Shown here: positions 39,625 to 49,480 of the stretch, piece after piece
How the letters are laid out: the number at the start of each line of letters is the position of its first letter
How positions within the stretch are numbered: position 1 is the first letter of the stretch
NCBI GenBank assembly: GCA_963703285.1
Contig: OY969807.1
Span: forward strand, 1,344,001 to 1,408,000
DNA length: 64,000 nucleotides
Origin: an uncultured Nitrososphaerota archaeon
Lineage (GTDB): Archaea; Thermoproteota; Nitrososphaeria; Nitrososphaerales; Gagatemarchaeaceae
Direction: 5' to 3'
Notes under the pieces: model-generated
Seen by the model: the letters and a program-made list of their open reading frames with translations, nothing else
Database searches by the model: none
What the model was told of the DNA's origin: nothing
Made by a program: the position numbers and the translations under genes

Positions 39625-39870
39625 CTATGCGGGGGAGTCGCCTTCGACGACTATCATTGTGAGGGTGCTGCGGACCCTGTCGAGGCGCCTTACCTTCCAG
39701 GTGATGGTCTCCTTCACACGGTCCATCGTGTCGGCCTTGACCTTGGCGACGATGTCGTATACGCCGTAGACGACATAGACCTCCGACACGTACTCAATTT
39801 CCTTAAGTTGCTTGACAAGGTCCTCCTCCGCCCCTAGGTCAGCGTTGATTAACACGAAGGCCATGGGCAT
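39625..39870 (-). CDS. Lrp/AsnC ligand-binding (RAM) domain protein
   Basis: AFVLIN..VYGVYDIVAKV..VRSTLTMIV. Confidence 0.9.
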   Translation of the reverse strand: MPMAFVLINADLGAEEDLVKQLKEIEYVSEVYVVYGVYDIVAKVKADTMDRVKETITWKVRRLDRVRSTLTMIVVEGDSPA

Positions 39871-39963
39871 TGCCCAATATCACCTACTCCATTGCATGGC
39901 GTCCATAGGTAATAACCATTGCCCCTTTGGGTTCCGTCGCGTGTCTAAAGGAGCGCGAGGGCT

Positions 39964-40470
39964 TCAGCTCTCGTTTCGCTTGTAGACTATTCCTATAGGC
40001 GAGGCGCCGGCTCTCTTGGGGAGAAGGACCTGGTCGGGCGGGACAGGGTTCTTGGCCACGAGCGTTCCATCGGTCGCTATCTCAAACTTCACGGCGGAGG
40101 TCAGGCGATGGCCCTTGATCCTCTTCTTCCACTTCGACCTGATCGCGGCGAGCACTTCGTCAGCGGAGCCGCGGAGCCTCACACCGAGGACGTCCGCTCT
40201 CAGATACACCATCGAGACCGCCTCGAAGATCGAGGTGCCGCCGGGTATCAGTACCTCGCCCGAAGCATCGAGCGCCTGCAGGCAGATCAGAGTCGCCTTC
40301 GCCGCGTCTATCTTCACCCGGGCGCGGTGCTCAATCTCGCTCACGTTCTCCCTCGAGGTCTTGAGCTTCTTGGCAAGCTGCGCCTGCGTGAGCCCCTGGG
40401 CACGGTAGCGGATGACCTCCCACTGGCGCGGAGTCAGCGTCGTCCCCTGGAAGCGCCTCTCCTTGTCCAA
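39964..40470 (-). CDS. tfx: Tfx-family DNA-binding protein
   Basis: TLTPRQWEVIRYRAQGLTQAQLA..TSRENVSEIEHRA..AKATL..IPGGT; C-terminal part of spurious long ORF 39964..41787; TTG start at 40470. Confidence 0.82.
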   Translation of the reverse strand: MDKERRFQGTTLTPRQWEVIRYRAQGLTQAQLAKKLKTSRENVSEIEHRARVKIDAAKATLICLQALDASGEVLIPGGTSIFEAVSMVYLRADVLGVRLRGSADEVLAAIRSKWKKRIKGHRLTSAVKFEIATDGTLVAKNPVPPDQVLLPKRAGASPIGIVYKRNES

Positions 40471-40580
40471 GCTGCGCTGGAGATGGAGCGCCCGGATAAG
40501 AGTCTTGTGACCGCATTTCGCGCGTCGCCGCGACGAGACGACCGAGCAGTTGGGATACCAAGGGGACCTGCTTTGTCCTG

Positions 40581-41915
40581 TCAGACCAACGACGTCAGGA
40601 GATAGGCGTTGAGACCGATTATGACAGTCACGGTGACCACCGAGAGGATTATGGTCAGTCTTGTGTTCACGAAGTCGCCCATGAGGCGCTTCTTCGCCGT
40701 GTAGATTACCAAGGGAATCATCGGGAGAGGAATCATGAGGCTCAGTATCACCTGGCTGTAGACCAGTAGGCTCAGGGGGTTGAGGCCGATGAGAATGGCG
40801 ACGGTGGTGGGAAAGACGTTGACCATTCTGGTGATTATCCTCCTCAGCCAGACGCTGCCGTGCTTGCCGATCAGGTCCTCCATTATGACCTGGCCTGCGA
40901 TCGTTCCCGTCGTCGACGAGCTGAGTCCGGATGCCAGCATCGAGACGATGAACAACACGGCGATCGCAGGGCCGTAAAGCACGCGGAAGGCCTGGTAGGC
41001 CGACTGTATCGTGATGTTGGGGTCCGGATAGAGGGGTATCGCGATGAGAAGGAGGCCGGCGTTCACGGTTCCCGCTATCGCGAGCAGGATGACAGTCTCC
41101 CTCACGTGCAGCCTCCGCTTCTGTACCTTCTCCTCGTGGGTCTTCTTGACCAGCTTCTCCTTCGTGAGCCACGAGTGGACGAAGATTGCGTGGGGCATCA
41201 CGGTCGCGCCTATCATCCCCACGACGAGCAGGGCGGGGTTGTTCAGCTGGCCACCCACGGTGTTGGACGTCAGGTTGGGAACGATTGACCCGATGGCGAC
41301 CTGAGCGAGTTCCGGACGAACCACTACGACCTGGTAGAGGACCCCGAAGACCAGAATGCTGACGAGGAGCATGAAGTACTGCTCGATCATTCGGAACCTC
41401 CTCGTCATCATCGTCAAGAGCAGGATTACATCGAGCGCGCCGAAGACGGCTGCGTAGAGCATGGGGACGCCGAAGAGCACGTTCAGTGCGATTACCGTCC
41501 CTAGGTACTCGGCCAGGTCGGTTGCCGCCGCGGCCACCTCGGCCGCGAGCCAATACGGGACGATGTACGACCTCTTCTTCAGCGATTCCCTCACCATCGT
41601 GGCGAGCGATTTGCCCGTCGCTATCCCCAGCTTCCCCGAGAGGTACTGGAGGAGCATCGCCATCACCGACGCGAGCCACCCGGCCCACAGCAGCTGATAC
41701 TTGAAGGTGGCACCGGCGGCGAGGTCCGTCCCATAGTTGCCGGGGTCCATGTATGCTACCGACACGATCAGGGCTGGTCCGAGCCACTGGAGCATCTGCC
41801 GCACTGAGACCCCGGAGGACGACCGCTCCCGCGCCTCCTCCGTCGGGATTTGCGGCGGAGGCTCTGGCTCCCGTCCCTGCTCAGGCGGTCTCAGGACTTT
41901 CCAGGGCGCGCGCAC
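40581..41915 (-). CDS. mntH: Nramp-family divalent metal transporter MntH (copy 1)
   Basis: AYMDPGN, GATVMPH, GTIAGQ, SQVILS. Confidence 0.93.
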   Translation of the reverse strand: MRAPWKVLRPPEQGREPEPPPQIPTEEARERSSSGVSVRQMLQWLGPALIVSVAYMDPGNYGTDLAAGATFKYQLLWAGWLASVMAMLLQYLSGKLGIATGKSLATMVRESLKKRSYIVPYWLAAEVAAAATDLAEYLGTVIALNVLFGVPMLYAAVFGALDVILLLTMMTRRFRMIEQYFMLLVSILVFGVLYQVVVVRPELAQVAIGSIVPNLTSNTVGGQLNNPALLVVGMIGATVMPHAIFVHSWLTKEKLVKKTHEEKVQKRRLHVRETVILLAIAGTVNAGLLLIAIPLYPDPNITIQSAYQAFRVLYGPAIAVLFIVSMLASGLSSSTTGTIAGQVIMEDLIGKHGSVWLRRIITRMVNVFPTTVAILIGLNPLSLLVYSQVILSLMIPLPMIPLVIYTAKKRLMGDFVNTRLTIILSVVTVTVIIGLNAYLLTSLV

Positions 41916-41943
41916 GCTCCATCAGGGCACCTTGTTACTTATA

Positions 41944-42159
41944 TTAGGTTCGTCTAACATCTATCGAGGTATCTAAACTGTATAGGCGCTCCTAGAGCAG
42001 GCCAATCGTCTGCGAACCCCACGGTCGACCACCCTATCGTGACCTCGGTTGCCTGCTCGCGCCGACCAAAGGGGCCTGCCTCCTGATCGAGAAAGCAAGA
42101 ATGGAATTGTGGGAGGTCTACACAAATTAGATATTTCAATAAATGTTAGAAGCGCCTAA
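41944..42159. promoter_or_regulatory. Divergent promoters, each with three 14-bp TTAG-N6-CTAA-type boxes at 19-bp period (DtxR/MntR-like operators)
   Basis: Left: 41944 TTAGGTTCGTCTAA, 41963 ATCGAGGTATCTAA, 41982 ATAGGCGCTCCTAG. Right: 42146 TTAGAAGCGCCTAA, 42127 TTAGATATTTCAAT, 42108 TGTGGGAGGTCTAC. The best box abuts each TATA. Confidence 0.7.
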
Positions 42160-42206
42160 TTTAAATACATACGTTATCATCAATGTGGCTACATGAGCGG
42201 ACGTCG

Positions 42207-43544
42207 ATGAGGCTTCCCTGGGGCAGGGCACTGAAGCCTCCGGAACAGATGCAAAAACAAGAGGCGACGGAGCAACAAGAGGTAACGGAGCATCAGAGGA
42301 GCAGTCCTCACATCTCCGTCCGGGACTTCTTCGCGTATCTGGGCCCGACCCTGATAGTGAGCCTGGCCTACATCGATCCCGGAAACTTCGGGACGGACAT
42401 AGCGGGGGGATCTCAGTTCAACTACGCATTGATCTGGTGCGTCTGGATGGCCAGCGCCTTCGCTATGCTCCTCCAGTAGCTCTCGGGGAAGCTGGGGATA
42501 GCGACCGGGAACAGCCTCCCGCAGCTACTCCGGGCCTCGCTGAAGACCAGAAAGCGCATCATCCCATACTGGCTCGCGGCCGAACTCGCCATAGCCGCGA
42601 CGGACCTGGCTGAGTATCTGGGAACCGTCATCGCGCTGAACATACTCTTCGGGATTCCCCTTCTCTACGCGAGCATCTTTGGAGCTTTGGACGTCATCAT
42701 CCTCCTAGCGCTGACGAGCAAACGCTTCCGCGTCATAGAGTACTTCTTCATGGTCTTCGTGTCAGTGATAGCCATAGGCTTCATCTACGAAATCCTGAGA
42801 GTCGGGCCCAATGTCCACCAATTTGTCATTGGATCAGTCTCGCCAGAAATATCCAGCGCGACACTCCTAGTCGTCGTGGGGATAGTCGGCGCGACGGTCA
42901 TGCCCCACGTCCTCTGGCTCCACTCCTCGCTGACCGCGGCCAAGCTGCCCAGGTGGGGAATCAAAGAGAATGACCACGCTCCGAGGAGGAAGCTTCTCGG
43001 ACTCCACCTGAGGGAGACCATCATCATCCTGGCGATTGCCGGTTGCGTGAACGTGGCTATCCTCGTGATGGGCGCCGCCGCGTTCTTCAAGTTCGGATAC
43101 ACGAACATCCAGCAGATAAACCAGGCATACCTGATCCTCGGCCCTCTATTCGGCTCTGCTGCGGCGATAGTCTTCGCGATTACGCTTCTTTTCTCTGGGA
43201 TTGCCTCATCGATCGTCGGGACCTTGGCGGGGCAGGAGGTCATGACAGGGCTGCTTGGAATAAAGGTGAACCGGTACGTGAGGCGAATCATCACCCGGGG
43301 CATCAACGTCTTTCCTACCACGGCCTGCATCCTCCTTGGTATCAGTCCGCTGGCGCTGCTCTTCTACAGCCAGGTCTTCCTGAGCATACTGATTCCGCTC
43401 CCGATGATCCCGTTGATCTGGTACACCAGCAAGAGGAAGATAATGGGCCCGTACGTGAACCGGCATCCGACGATCATCGTGGCGCTGGCTGTCGGAATTG
43501 CCATAATAGTGCTGAACATCGCTCTGATCTACACTAGCGTATGA
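42207..43544 (+). pseudogene. mntH: Nramp-family MntH (copy 2) with in-frame TAG at 42477-42479
   Basis: AYIDPGN, GATVMPH; LLQ*LSGKLG versus LLQYLSGKLG in copy 1; frame otherwise intact. Confidence 0.85.
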
Positions 43545-43603
43545 TGCAACCTACATGATAGCGACAAGTTTCTAAACTTGAGGACTTACTGAGGGTAGAG
43601 AGA

Positions 43604-44326
43604 TTGTCATTGCGACCGACAGCGTCCGTCTCGTGCCCGTCCTGCGGCTGCGCCGAGGAATCGTGCGAGGGCTGCCGGAGACCGACGGACTGCTCCGACT
43701 GCGCTTCATGCTGCTGCGATACCGGTCACGGCTCGTGGTGGCGGATGAGGATGAACACAGGAATCAGGGTCGAATATCTCAGCTCGGGGTGGATGGTCAT
43801 CGAAGCGTTGGGATCGATCTGGTTCGGAGTCGTGGCCGGAAGCTTCGCGTTGCTTGCGTTCGGCGGAGACAGCATCATCGAACTCCTCTCTGGATTTGCC
43901 GTCCTGAGCCATCTTCGGAGGGACGTGGGCGGCTCTGGGATACGACGTGGGCCGGCCGAACGGATCACCACGGTCCTGCTGTTCGCCCTGATTCCCGTCA
44001 TCGCGTCCGGCGCGGTCGTCTCATACGCCAGTGGGCTGAAGCCGGAGGGGTCGCCATTGGGGATAGCCATCGCGGTGGGAGCGGTAGTGATAATGCCGTA
44101 CCTCTATCTCGAGAAGAGGAGGATAGGGAAGGAAACACGGTGTCTCCCCCTGGCGGTCGACGCGATAGAATCGCTCACGTGTCTGTTGATGTCAATCGCT
44201 CTTCTCGCAGGCCTGCTCGCCGAGTATCTCTTCGGACTGTGGTGGGCCGACTACCTGGCGACAGGAGTCATCCTCGCGATGGTCGCGTACGAGGCCGTAG
44301 AGTCCTATCACGAACTCGGCGAATGA
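43604..44326 (+). CDS. Cation-efflux (CDF-like) membrane protein with Cys-rich N-terminus
   Basis: SFALLAFGGDSIIE, LWWAD; N-term CPSCGC..CEGC..DCSDCASCCC. Confidence 0.78.
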   Translation: MSLRPTASVSCPSCGCAEESCEGCRRPTDCSDCASCCCDTGHGSWWRMRMNTGIRVEYLSSGWMVIEALGSIWFGVVAGSFALLAFGGDSIIELLSGFAVLSHLRRDVGGSGIRRGPAERITTVLLFALIPVIASGAVVSYASGLKPEGSPLGIAIAVGAVVIMPYLYLEKRRIGKETRCLPLAVDAIESLTCLLMSIALLAGLLAEYLFGLWWADYLATGVILAMVAYEAVESYHELGE

Positions 44327-44431
44327 GATTGGATGGTCCTCCGTTCGACACAGCGGTCGCAGGGCCATCCCCTTTAGATTTCGGGTCTTGGTCAATCGCA
44401 TAATAAGGCCGCCTAGAGGCCGTCCCTGAAG

Positions 44432-44950
44432 TTGAACGTCCTCGTCATCGATTACGGTCAGGACGACCCCGGCAAGTGCACCGCCAAGAAGATGGTCAGG
44501 ATGGGGCTCGCCACCGAGGTCTCGAGGAAGTTCCATGCCGCCAGTTCGCTTCTCGTGCTCAATCCGTTCTCGGAGATCGTCCTGACGCCGGGGGACAGGG
44601 ACAGCAAGGGGATACTCGACATCGACTGCTCGTGGAACTTTGCGAGGGAGGTCTTCTTCAAGAAGCTCGGCGGCAAGCACAGGAGACTACCGGCGCTTCT
44701 TGCGGGCAACCCGACGAACTACTCCAAGATGGGGATGCTGAGCTCCCTCGAGGCGGTCTCCGCCTCGCTCTACATCCTCGGCGAGAAGGAGGACGCCAAG
44801 CGATACCTCTCGATATACAAGTGGGGCCCGACGTTCCTGACGCTCAACGCGGCGCCCCTCGAGGAGTACAGCAACGCCGATTCCGAGGACGAGATGCGGG
44901 ACCTCGAGAGGGAGTTCTTCCCCCGGTTTTTCGCGGAGCAAGAAGGCTAA
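44432..44950 (+). CDS. tsr3: rRNA aminocarboxypropyltransferase Tsr3 (DUF367)
   Basis: QDDPGKCTAKK, IDCSW, RRLPALLAGNPTNY, LSSLEA, KWGPTFL. Confidence 0.93.
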   Translation: MNVLVIDYGQDDPGKCTAKKMVRMGLATEVSRKFHAASSLLVLNPFSEIVLTPGDRDSKGILDIDCSWNFAREVFFKKLGGKHRRLPALLAGNPTNYSKMGMLSSLEAVSASLYILGEKEDAKRYLSIYKWGPTFLTLNAAPLEEYSNADSEDEMRDLEREFFPRFFAEQEG

Positions 44951-45067
44951 ATCAGTCCCGGAAGCTACCAGATTGCGACGAACCAACTGACCTGAAGGAC
45001 TGGCCAAAGGTGGGCCCATGACGCGCTCCCGCCCATCTCTGGGGCGATGTTCGTGGAGCCGGTCTCC

Positions 45068-45610
45068 TCAACGTCGAGACCTGGGCAGTGCATTACCCCG
45101 AACGTAACGACCGAGTCTACGACCCTCACTTCTCGTCCACGGTATGTCCAGACTTCGCAGCTTGCCTGCCCACTTTCCTTCGGCTCGTTCTTGGTTGAAC
45201 GTTTGTAGGGCATCGTTCGCTGTGATTCGATTCTCCATGTAGTCTAGCAATGTATTGACCTGAGTCTTTTTCTTGTCCAAGAATGGTAACATCCGCCTAC
45301 ACGTTTCCAACATCCCACCTTCCTCCCACATCGTAAGATGCCATGCTTCACGGCCTATGCTACTAGTCCCAAGCCTGAGCGTTGATGGTGCCAATCCTTC
45401 CCCAACTAGAAAGCTCCCGATATGCCGGAGCTGGGGAAGATACGTGTCGGTCCACGTAACCGAGAAGCGAATCATGAACTTACCAATCTTGATTTCTTCT
45501 CCTCCATCTCCATCGTAATAGCCCGCAACCTGTCGCCAATCTGAATAACCACTTTGGTGCGTCTTGGTGCTCAGAGAAAAGTGGCTGGTCCCTCTAGTGC
45601 CTCGGTTCAA
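45068..45610 (-). CDS. Free-standing single-motif LAGLIDADG homing-endonuclease-like protein
   Basis: WRQVAGYYDGDG motif, later MLPFL..KK; lower GC than flanks. Confidence 0.7.
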   Translation of the reverse strand: MNRGTRGTSHFSLSTKTHQSGYSDWRQVAGYYDGDGGEEIKIGKFMIRFSVTWTDTYLPQLRHIGSFLVGEGLAPSTLRLGTSSIGREAWHLTMWEEGGMLETCRRMLPFLDKKKTQVNTLLDYMENRITANDALQTFNQERAEGKWAGKLRSLDIPWTRSEGRRLGRYVRGNALPRSRR

Positions 45611-45716
45611 ACGGAATGAAATCTGGCCAAGTCTAATAAGCGCCGATATTGCACCTCCGATTGACGCTTTGAGGGGTGTCGACAGCTTTATTTCGTTCAG
45701 ACATTATTTCAATCGG

Positions 45717-46009
45717 GACGCGAGTCGGTGGGTGGGCCACGGGGACCTCCTGGGGAAGTTCCTCCCTCACTGCAGGATGCATGGTGCTGAGAAGCGCAGT
45801 CGGAGACGGCTGGCGACGGAACAGAAACGAGACCCGCCTCGCCAAATGCGATGACGGAGCGATCCCGAGATCGGTGAAAGCGGGATGAAACGGCCGACCC
45901 ATGCAGAGCAAGGCCGAACGTGGTCGTGGACGCGCCTGCACCAGACCAGGGTAGGCTGCTGAGCTGAATCCCGCCTAGAACAGAAGGAGGACTACGGCCG
46001 AGACGTGTC
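45717..46009 (+). ncRNA. rnpB: Archaeal RNase P RNA
   Basis: GGGGAAGTTCCTCC (P4 5'), ACAGAAA, TGAAAC, GAGCAAG, TGAAT, AGAACAGAAGGAGGACTA (P4 3'); P2 GGTGGG/CCCGCC; terminal P1 pairing. Ends approximate. Confidence 0.88.
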
Positions 46010-46079
46010 GCCCCCGCGTGTGGTTCTCACACGTGGGGATAACCACCTTGATTCGAGTGACAACTCAAAGGCGTAGAGA

Positions 46080-46335
46080 ATACGAAGACCCAGACAGCAT
46101 CGAGCTGCAACTGGCACTCAACGACAACACGGCGACCAAGGCCTATCAGCAGGCCATGTTTGAGCAGGGCCAGCCCGCGGTCATGTTCTTCACCGACGAC
46201 TCGAAAGGTGACTACGACTAGATCAAAGCCCGTGGCGCGGAGTTCACCATGTCGCCTACCGAGGTGACCGGTTCGACCATCGCCAAACTGAAGGACACTT
46301 GCGGCAACCTGATTCAAATCTCGCGGCTGGCACCC
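46080..46335 (+). pseudogene. Truncated VOC/glyoxalase gene with in-frame TAG (46219-46221)
   Basis: EDPDSIELQL..GQPAVMFFTDD..DYD*IKARGAEFTMSPT..DTCGNLIQI; 5' end missing. Confidence 0.75.
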
Positions 46336-46384
46336 CCAGAAGGGTTCCTGAAGGCATTTAAGCGCTTGAGAGGAATAGAATTCC

Positions 46385-46843
46385 ATGGCACCTGCAAAGA
46401 AGGCCACGGAGAGCACCACCGCGACCAGCAAGAAGTCCAAGGGATTCACGGACGAGGAACGAGCCGCGATGAAGGAGCGCGTCCAAGAGATGAAGGCGGA
46501 AAAAGACAAGGTGGAGGGGGAAAGCGCCGTGCTCGCGAAGATCGCCGGGATGTCGGAACCGGACCGCACCATGGGCAAGCGGCTGCACGCTATCATCAAA
46601 GCCAGCGCGCCAAACCTCACGCCGAGGCTCTGGTACGGCATGCCCGCATATTCCAAGGACGGCAACGTCGTCTGCTTCTTCCAACCAGCGCAGAAGTTCA
46701 AAACGAGGTACGCAACGCTCGGCTTCAGCGACGAGGCGAACCTCGACGAAGGCGCCATTTGGCCGGTCGTCTTCGCGCTGAAGCGGTTGACCTCCGCCGA
46801 AGAGGCAAGGATTGCCGCGCTCGTGAAGAAAGCGGTGAACTAA
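46385..46843 (+). CDS. DUF1801 (YdhG-like) protein
   Basis: [32 protein letters not shown]. Confidence 0.85.
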   Translation: MAPAKKATESTTATSKKSKGFTDEERAAMKERVQEMKAEKDKVEGESAVLAKIAGMSEPDRTMGKRLHAIIKASAPNLTPRLWYGMPAYSKDGNVVCFFQPAQKFKTRYATLGFSDEANLDEGAIWPVVFALKRLTSAEEARIAALVKKAVN

Positions 46844-46918
46844 GGACCCCGAGCTTGCCGCTGGGCCCGCCCAAGCAGGATCTTCGATCAGGACGATGCG
46901 TTCCCTCGTGACGAGGTC

Positions 46919-47350
46919 TCACGTCGTCGAACCGTTCTCGTCCGAGGCCGGCGGTACATCAAGTACGCGCGTCTGCGGCTCGGCCTCGGTGGGCGTTGGA
47001 GGGACCCTCCCGAGAAAGAACAGGCCGAACGCGAAGGCAATCGCCATGCAGACCGCCAGTATCAGAAAGATCTCGTCGTAGGTAGTCACGAGCGCGTCCG
47101 TAATCGCCAGGAGAGGTCGCTCCCCTAGAGAGTGCTTGGAAGCGGCCGCTCTCGAAGACCGTGAGGAGAGAGATTCCCAGGGCGCCTCCGAGGCTCTGAA
47201 GGAAGCGCGTGAGACCGATGGCGGCGCCCACCTCGCTCTTCGGTGCCTCGTTCTGCACCGCGATGGTGGGACCGGCGAGCGAGAAGCCGAGGCCGAAGCC
47301 CATGGGAATGAGAGGAAGGGCAATCCCGCCGACAGGCAGGAACTGGACCG
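46919..47350 (-). pseudogene. C-terminal fragment of a DHA2/EmrB-type MFS transporter, frameshifted
   Basis: GFGLGFSLAGPTIAVQN..RFLQSLGGALG then frame change to YDEIFLILAV; no N-terminal half. Confidence 0.7.
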
Positions 47351-47413
47351 CTGACGCTCCGACCCAAGCGAGAGAACAGGTTTAAGGAGAGTCGGCGGAA
47401 CCGGGAACGTCGC

Positions 47414-48610
47414 TTGAGCGAACCGGGGGAAGGCCGGGTATCCAGGCTCAGAACGTTGGTCAGGACGTGGGGGCCGGCTTGGCTCGTGATGATTGCAGAT
47501 GCCGACGCCGCCAGCATCATCACGGCAGCTGAGAACGGCGCGCTCTATGGCACGGAGCTCGTCTGGCTCCTCGTCGTGCTCACGGTTCCCCTCTTCGTCA
47601 TCCAGGAGGTGGCCGGTAGGGTGGGATCAGTGACGGGGAAGGGGCTCGGTCAACTGATTAGGGAGAACTTCGCCCCGCGGGTCGCCGAATTGACCGCCCT
47701 GCCGATGGTCGCGGCAGACGTGATAATCTTCATCCTGGAATACGCCGGGATAGCCCTGGGGCTCCAGGTCTTCGGGATTCCGCCGTACATCACCGTCCCA
47801 TCTACCTTCGCCCTCAACATCCTCCTCGTCTACAGGCGCAAGCTGGCGCAGATAGAGAAGCCGCTCCTTGCGATATCCTTCGTCCTTGCCGTCTCGTACG
47901 GAGTCTCCGCCTACTACGCGGCAAGCTCTGGAATCCGGTTCGCCGCGTTCTACTTCGCGACCTCCCCGACGTTCCTCTTTCTCATAGCGGCAAACATAGG
48001 GTCGACGATTGTGCCCTTCATGCTCTTCTACCAGACCTCCGCGAGCGCTGAGAAGGGCATAACCTCCAGGAACCTGTGGGCGATGAGGCTAGAGACCGCG
48101 GTGGGGGCGATAGTCTCCGAGTCGATTCTGATTGCCGTGGAGATTGCAGCGTTCGGCGTCGGACGCGGGTCTACGACCCTCGCTCCTCCTCAGGTCTTGT
48201 CGGGAGCGCTCTCGACCGTCTCGGGCAGCTTGTCGCCCTACCTCTTCGGGGTCGGCCTGGTCTCCGCAGGCTTCGTGGCTCTCATCGTCGTCTCTTTGGG
48301 GAGCGCCTGGGGAGTCACCAGCGCCATGGGTTGGGGAAAGAAGAGCCTCTTCAGGGTGTACTTGCTGGAGTCCATACCGGCGATGGTCGTCAGCCTCCTG
48401 CCCTTCAATCTCGTCAGCCTCTCGCTCAGCCTGCTGGCCGTGCAGGTCGTCGTGCTGATTGTCCCCGCGGTCCTGCTCGGTCTGATAGCAACCAAGAGGA
48501 ACCTGATGGGAGCCCATTCGCTCAGGGGAGCGAATAGGCTTCTGTACTGGTCACTTCTCATTATGGTCGTTGCAACAGGCATTGTCAGCTTGGTCTCTCA
48601 GGCGATCTAG
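47414..48610 (+). CDS. Nramp-related (NRMT-like) divalent cation transporter
   Basis: WGPAWLVMIADADAAS (no DPGN), IQEVAGRVG..GKGLG, NIGSTIVPFMLFYQ. Confidence 0.85.
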   Translation: MSEPGEGRVSRLRTLVRTWGPAWLVMIADADAASIITAAENGALYGTELVWLLVVLTVPLFVIQEVAGRVGSVTGKGLGQLIRENFAPRVAELTALPMVAADVIIFILEYAGIALGLQVFGIPPYITVPSTFALNILLVYRRKLAQIEKPLLAISFVLAVSYGVSAYYAASSGIRFAAFYFATSPTFLFLIAANIGSTIVPFMLFYQTSASAEKGITSRNLWAMRLETAVGAIVSESILIAVEIAAFGVGRGSTTLAPPQVLSGALSTVSGSLSPYLFGVGLVSAGFVALIVVSLGSAWGVTSAMGWGKKSLFRVYLLESIPAMVVSLLPFNLVSLSLSLLAVQVVVLIVPAVLLGLIATKRNLMGAHSLRGANRLLYWSLLIMVVATGIVSLVSQAI

Positions 48611-48633
48611 AAGAAAGTCATTAGCGCGGTGGG

Positions 48634-49398
48634 TCATTCGACAAAACCGTACGACGTGTAGCCTCCGTCGACGGTCAGGCACTGTCCCGTGATGTAAGAC
48701 GAGGCGTCATCTGCGAGAAACAGCGCCGCGTGGGCGATGTCGTCAACCTGTCCGAACCTCCCTGCCGGGACCCTCTTCAGGATGGCTTCGCCGTTAATCG
48801 AGCCTTCTTCAATTCTGGTCTTGAGCATGTCCGTGAGGATGAATCCGGGGGCGATGGCGTTCACGGTGATGTTGTGCTTGGCCCACTCGATGGCCAGCTC
48901 CCTGGTGAGCATTATCACGCCGGCCTTGCTAGTGGCGTAGGGCGCCCTGTTCGGGAAGGGGTTTATCCCCACGAGGGACGAGAGGTTGATGATCCTCCCG
49001 CCCTTCCTCTCGATCATTGATCGGGCGGCCGCCTTGGAGCAGACGAATATCGACCTGAGATTGACGGAGAGGATCTTGTCCCAGTCTGCCTCCGTCATCT
49101 CCAGCGCAGGCTTGACGACGTTGATTCCGGCGTTGTTCACGAGGATGTCAAGCCCCCCGAACTCCTGCTTTGCCTTCACGAAGAGCTCGCCGACCGCCCT
49201 CTCGTCGGCGACGTCGCAGGGCATCGAGACCGCCCTTCCTCCTCGGGATTCTATTTCCTTCATCACGGCGTCCGAGTTCTCGGGATGGAGGGAGTTGATG
49301 ACCAGAGTGGCTCCCTCTTCCGCGAATTTGAGCGCTATCGCGCGGCCGATTCCCCTTCCGGAGCCCGTGACCAGGGCGACCTTGTCTCGAAGCATCAT
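48634..49398 (-). CDS. Short-chain dehydrogenase/reductase (FabG-like)
   Basis: TGSGRGIG, NNAG, YATSK, VNAIAPG, VDGG. Confidence 0.93.
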   Translation of the reverse strand: MMLRDKVALVTGSGRGIGRAIALKFAEEGATLVINSLHPENSDAVMKEIESRGGRAVSMPCDVADERAVGELFVKAKQEFGGLDILVNNAGINVVKPALEMTEADWDKILSVNLRSIFVCSKAAARSMIERKGGRIINLSSLVGINPFPNRAPYATSKAGVIMLTRELAIEWAKHNITVNAIAPGFILTDMLKTRIEEGSINGEAILKRVPAGRFGQVDDIAHAALFLADDASSYITGQCLTVDGGYTSYGFVE

Positions 49399-49480
49399 TT
49401 GACTGCCGGATGCAGCAATGCCAGTTTAAGCTTATCAAAGCACGGCACCATTTATAGAATCAGGAGACTTCGGTCGAGCG

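Noticed and set aside
39964-41787. 607-aa ORF suggesting a large fusion
   Set aside because: The N-terminal part is an off-frame read of mntH; only 39964..40470 (Tfx) is real.
42477-42479. Pyrrolysine or stop-codon reassignment
   Set aside because: TAG terminates many bona fide genes here, the position is a conserved Tyr, and no pyl genes are seen.
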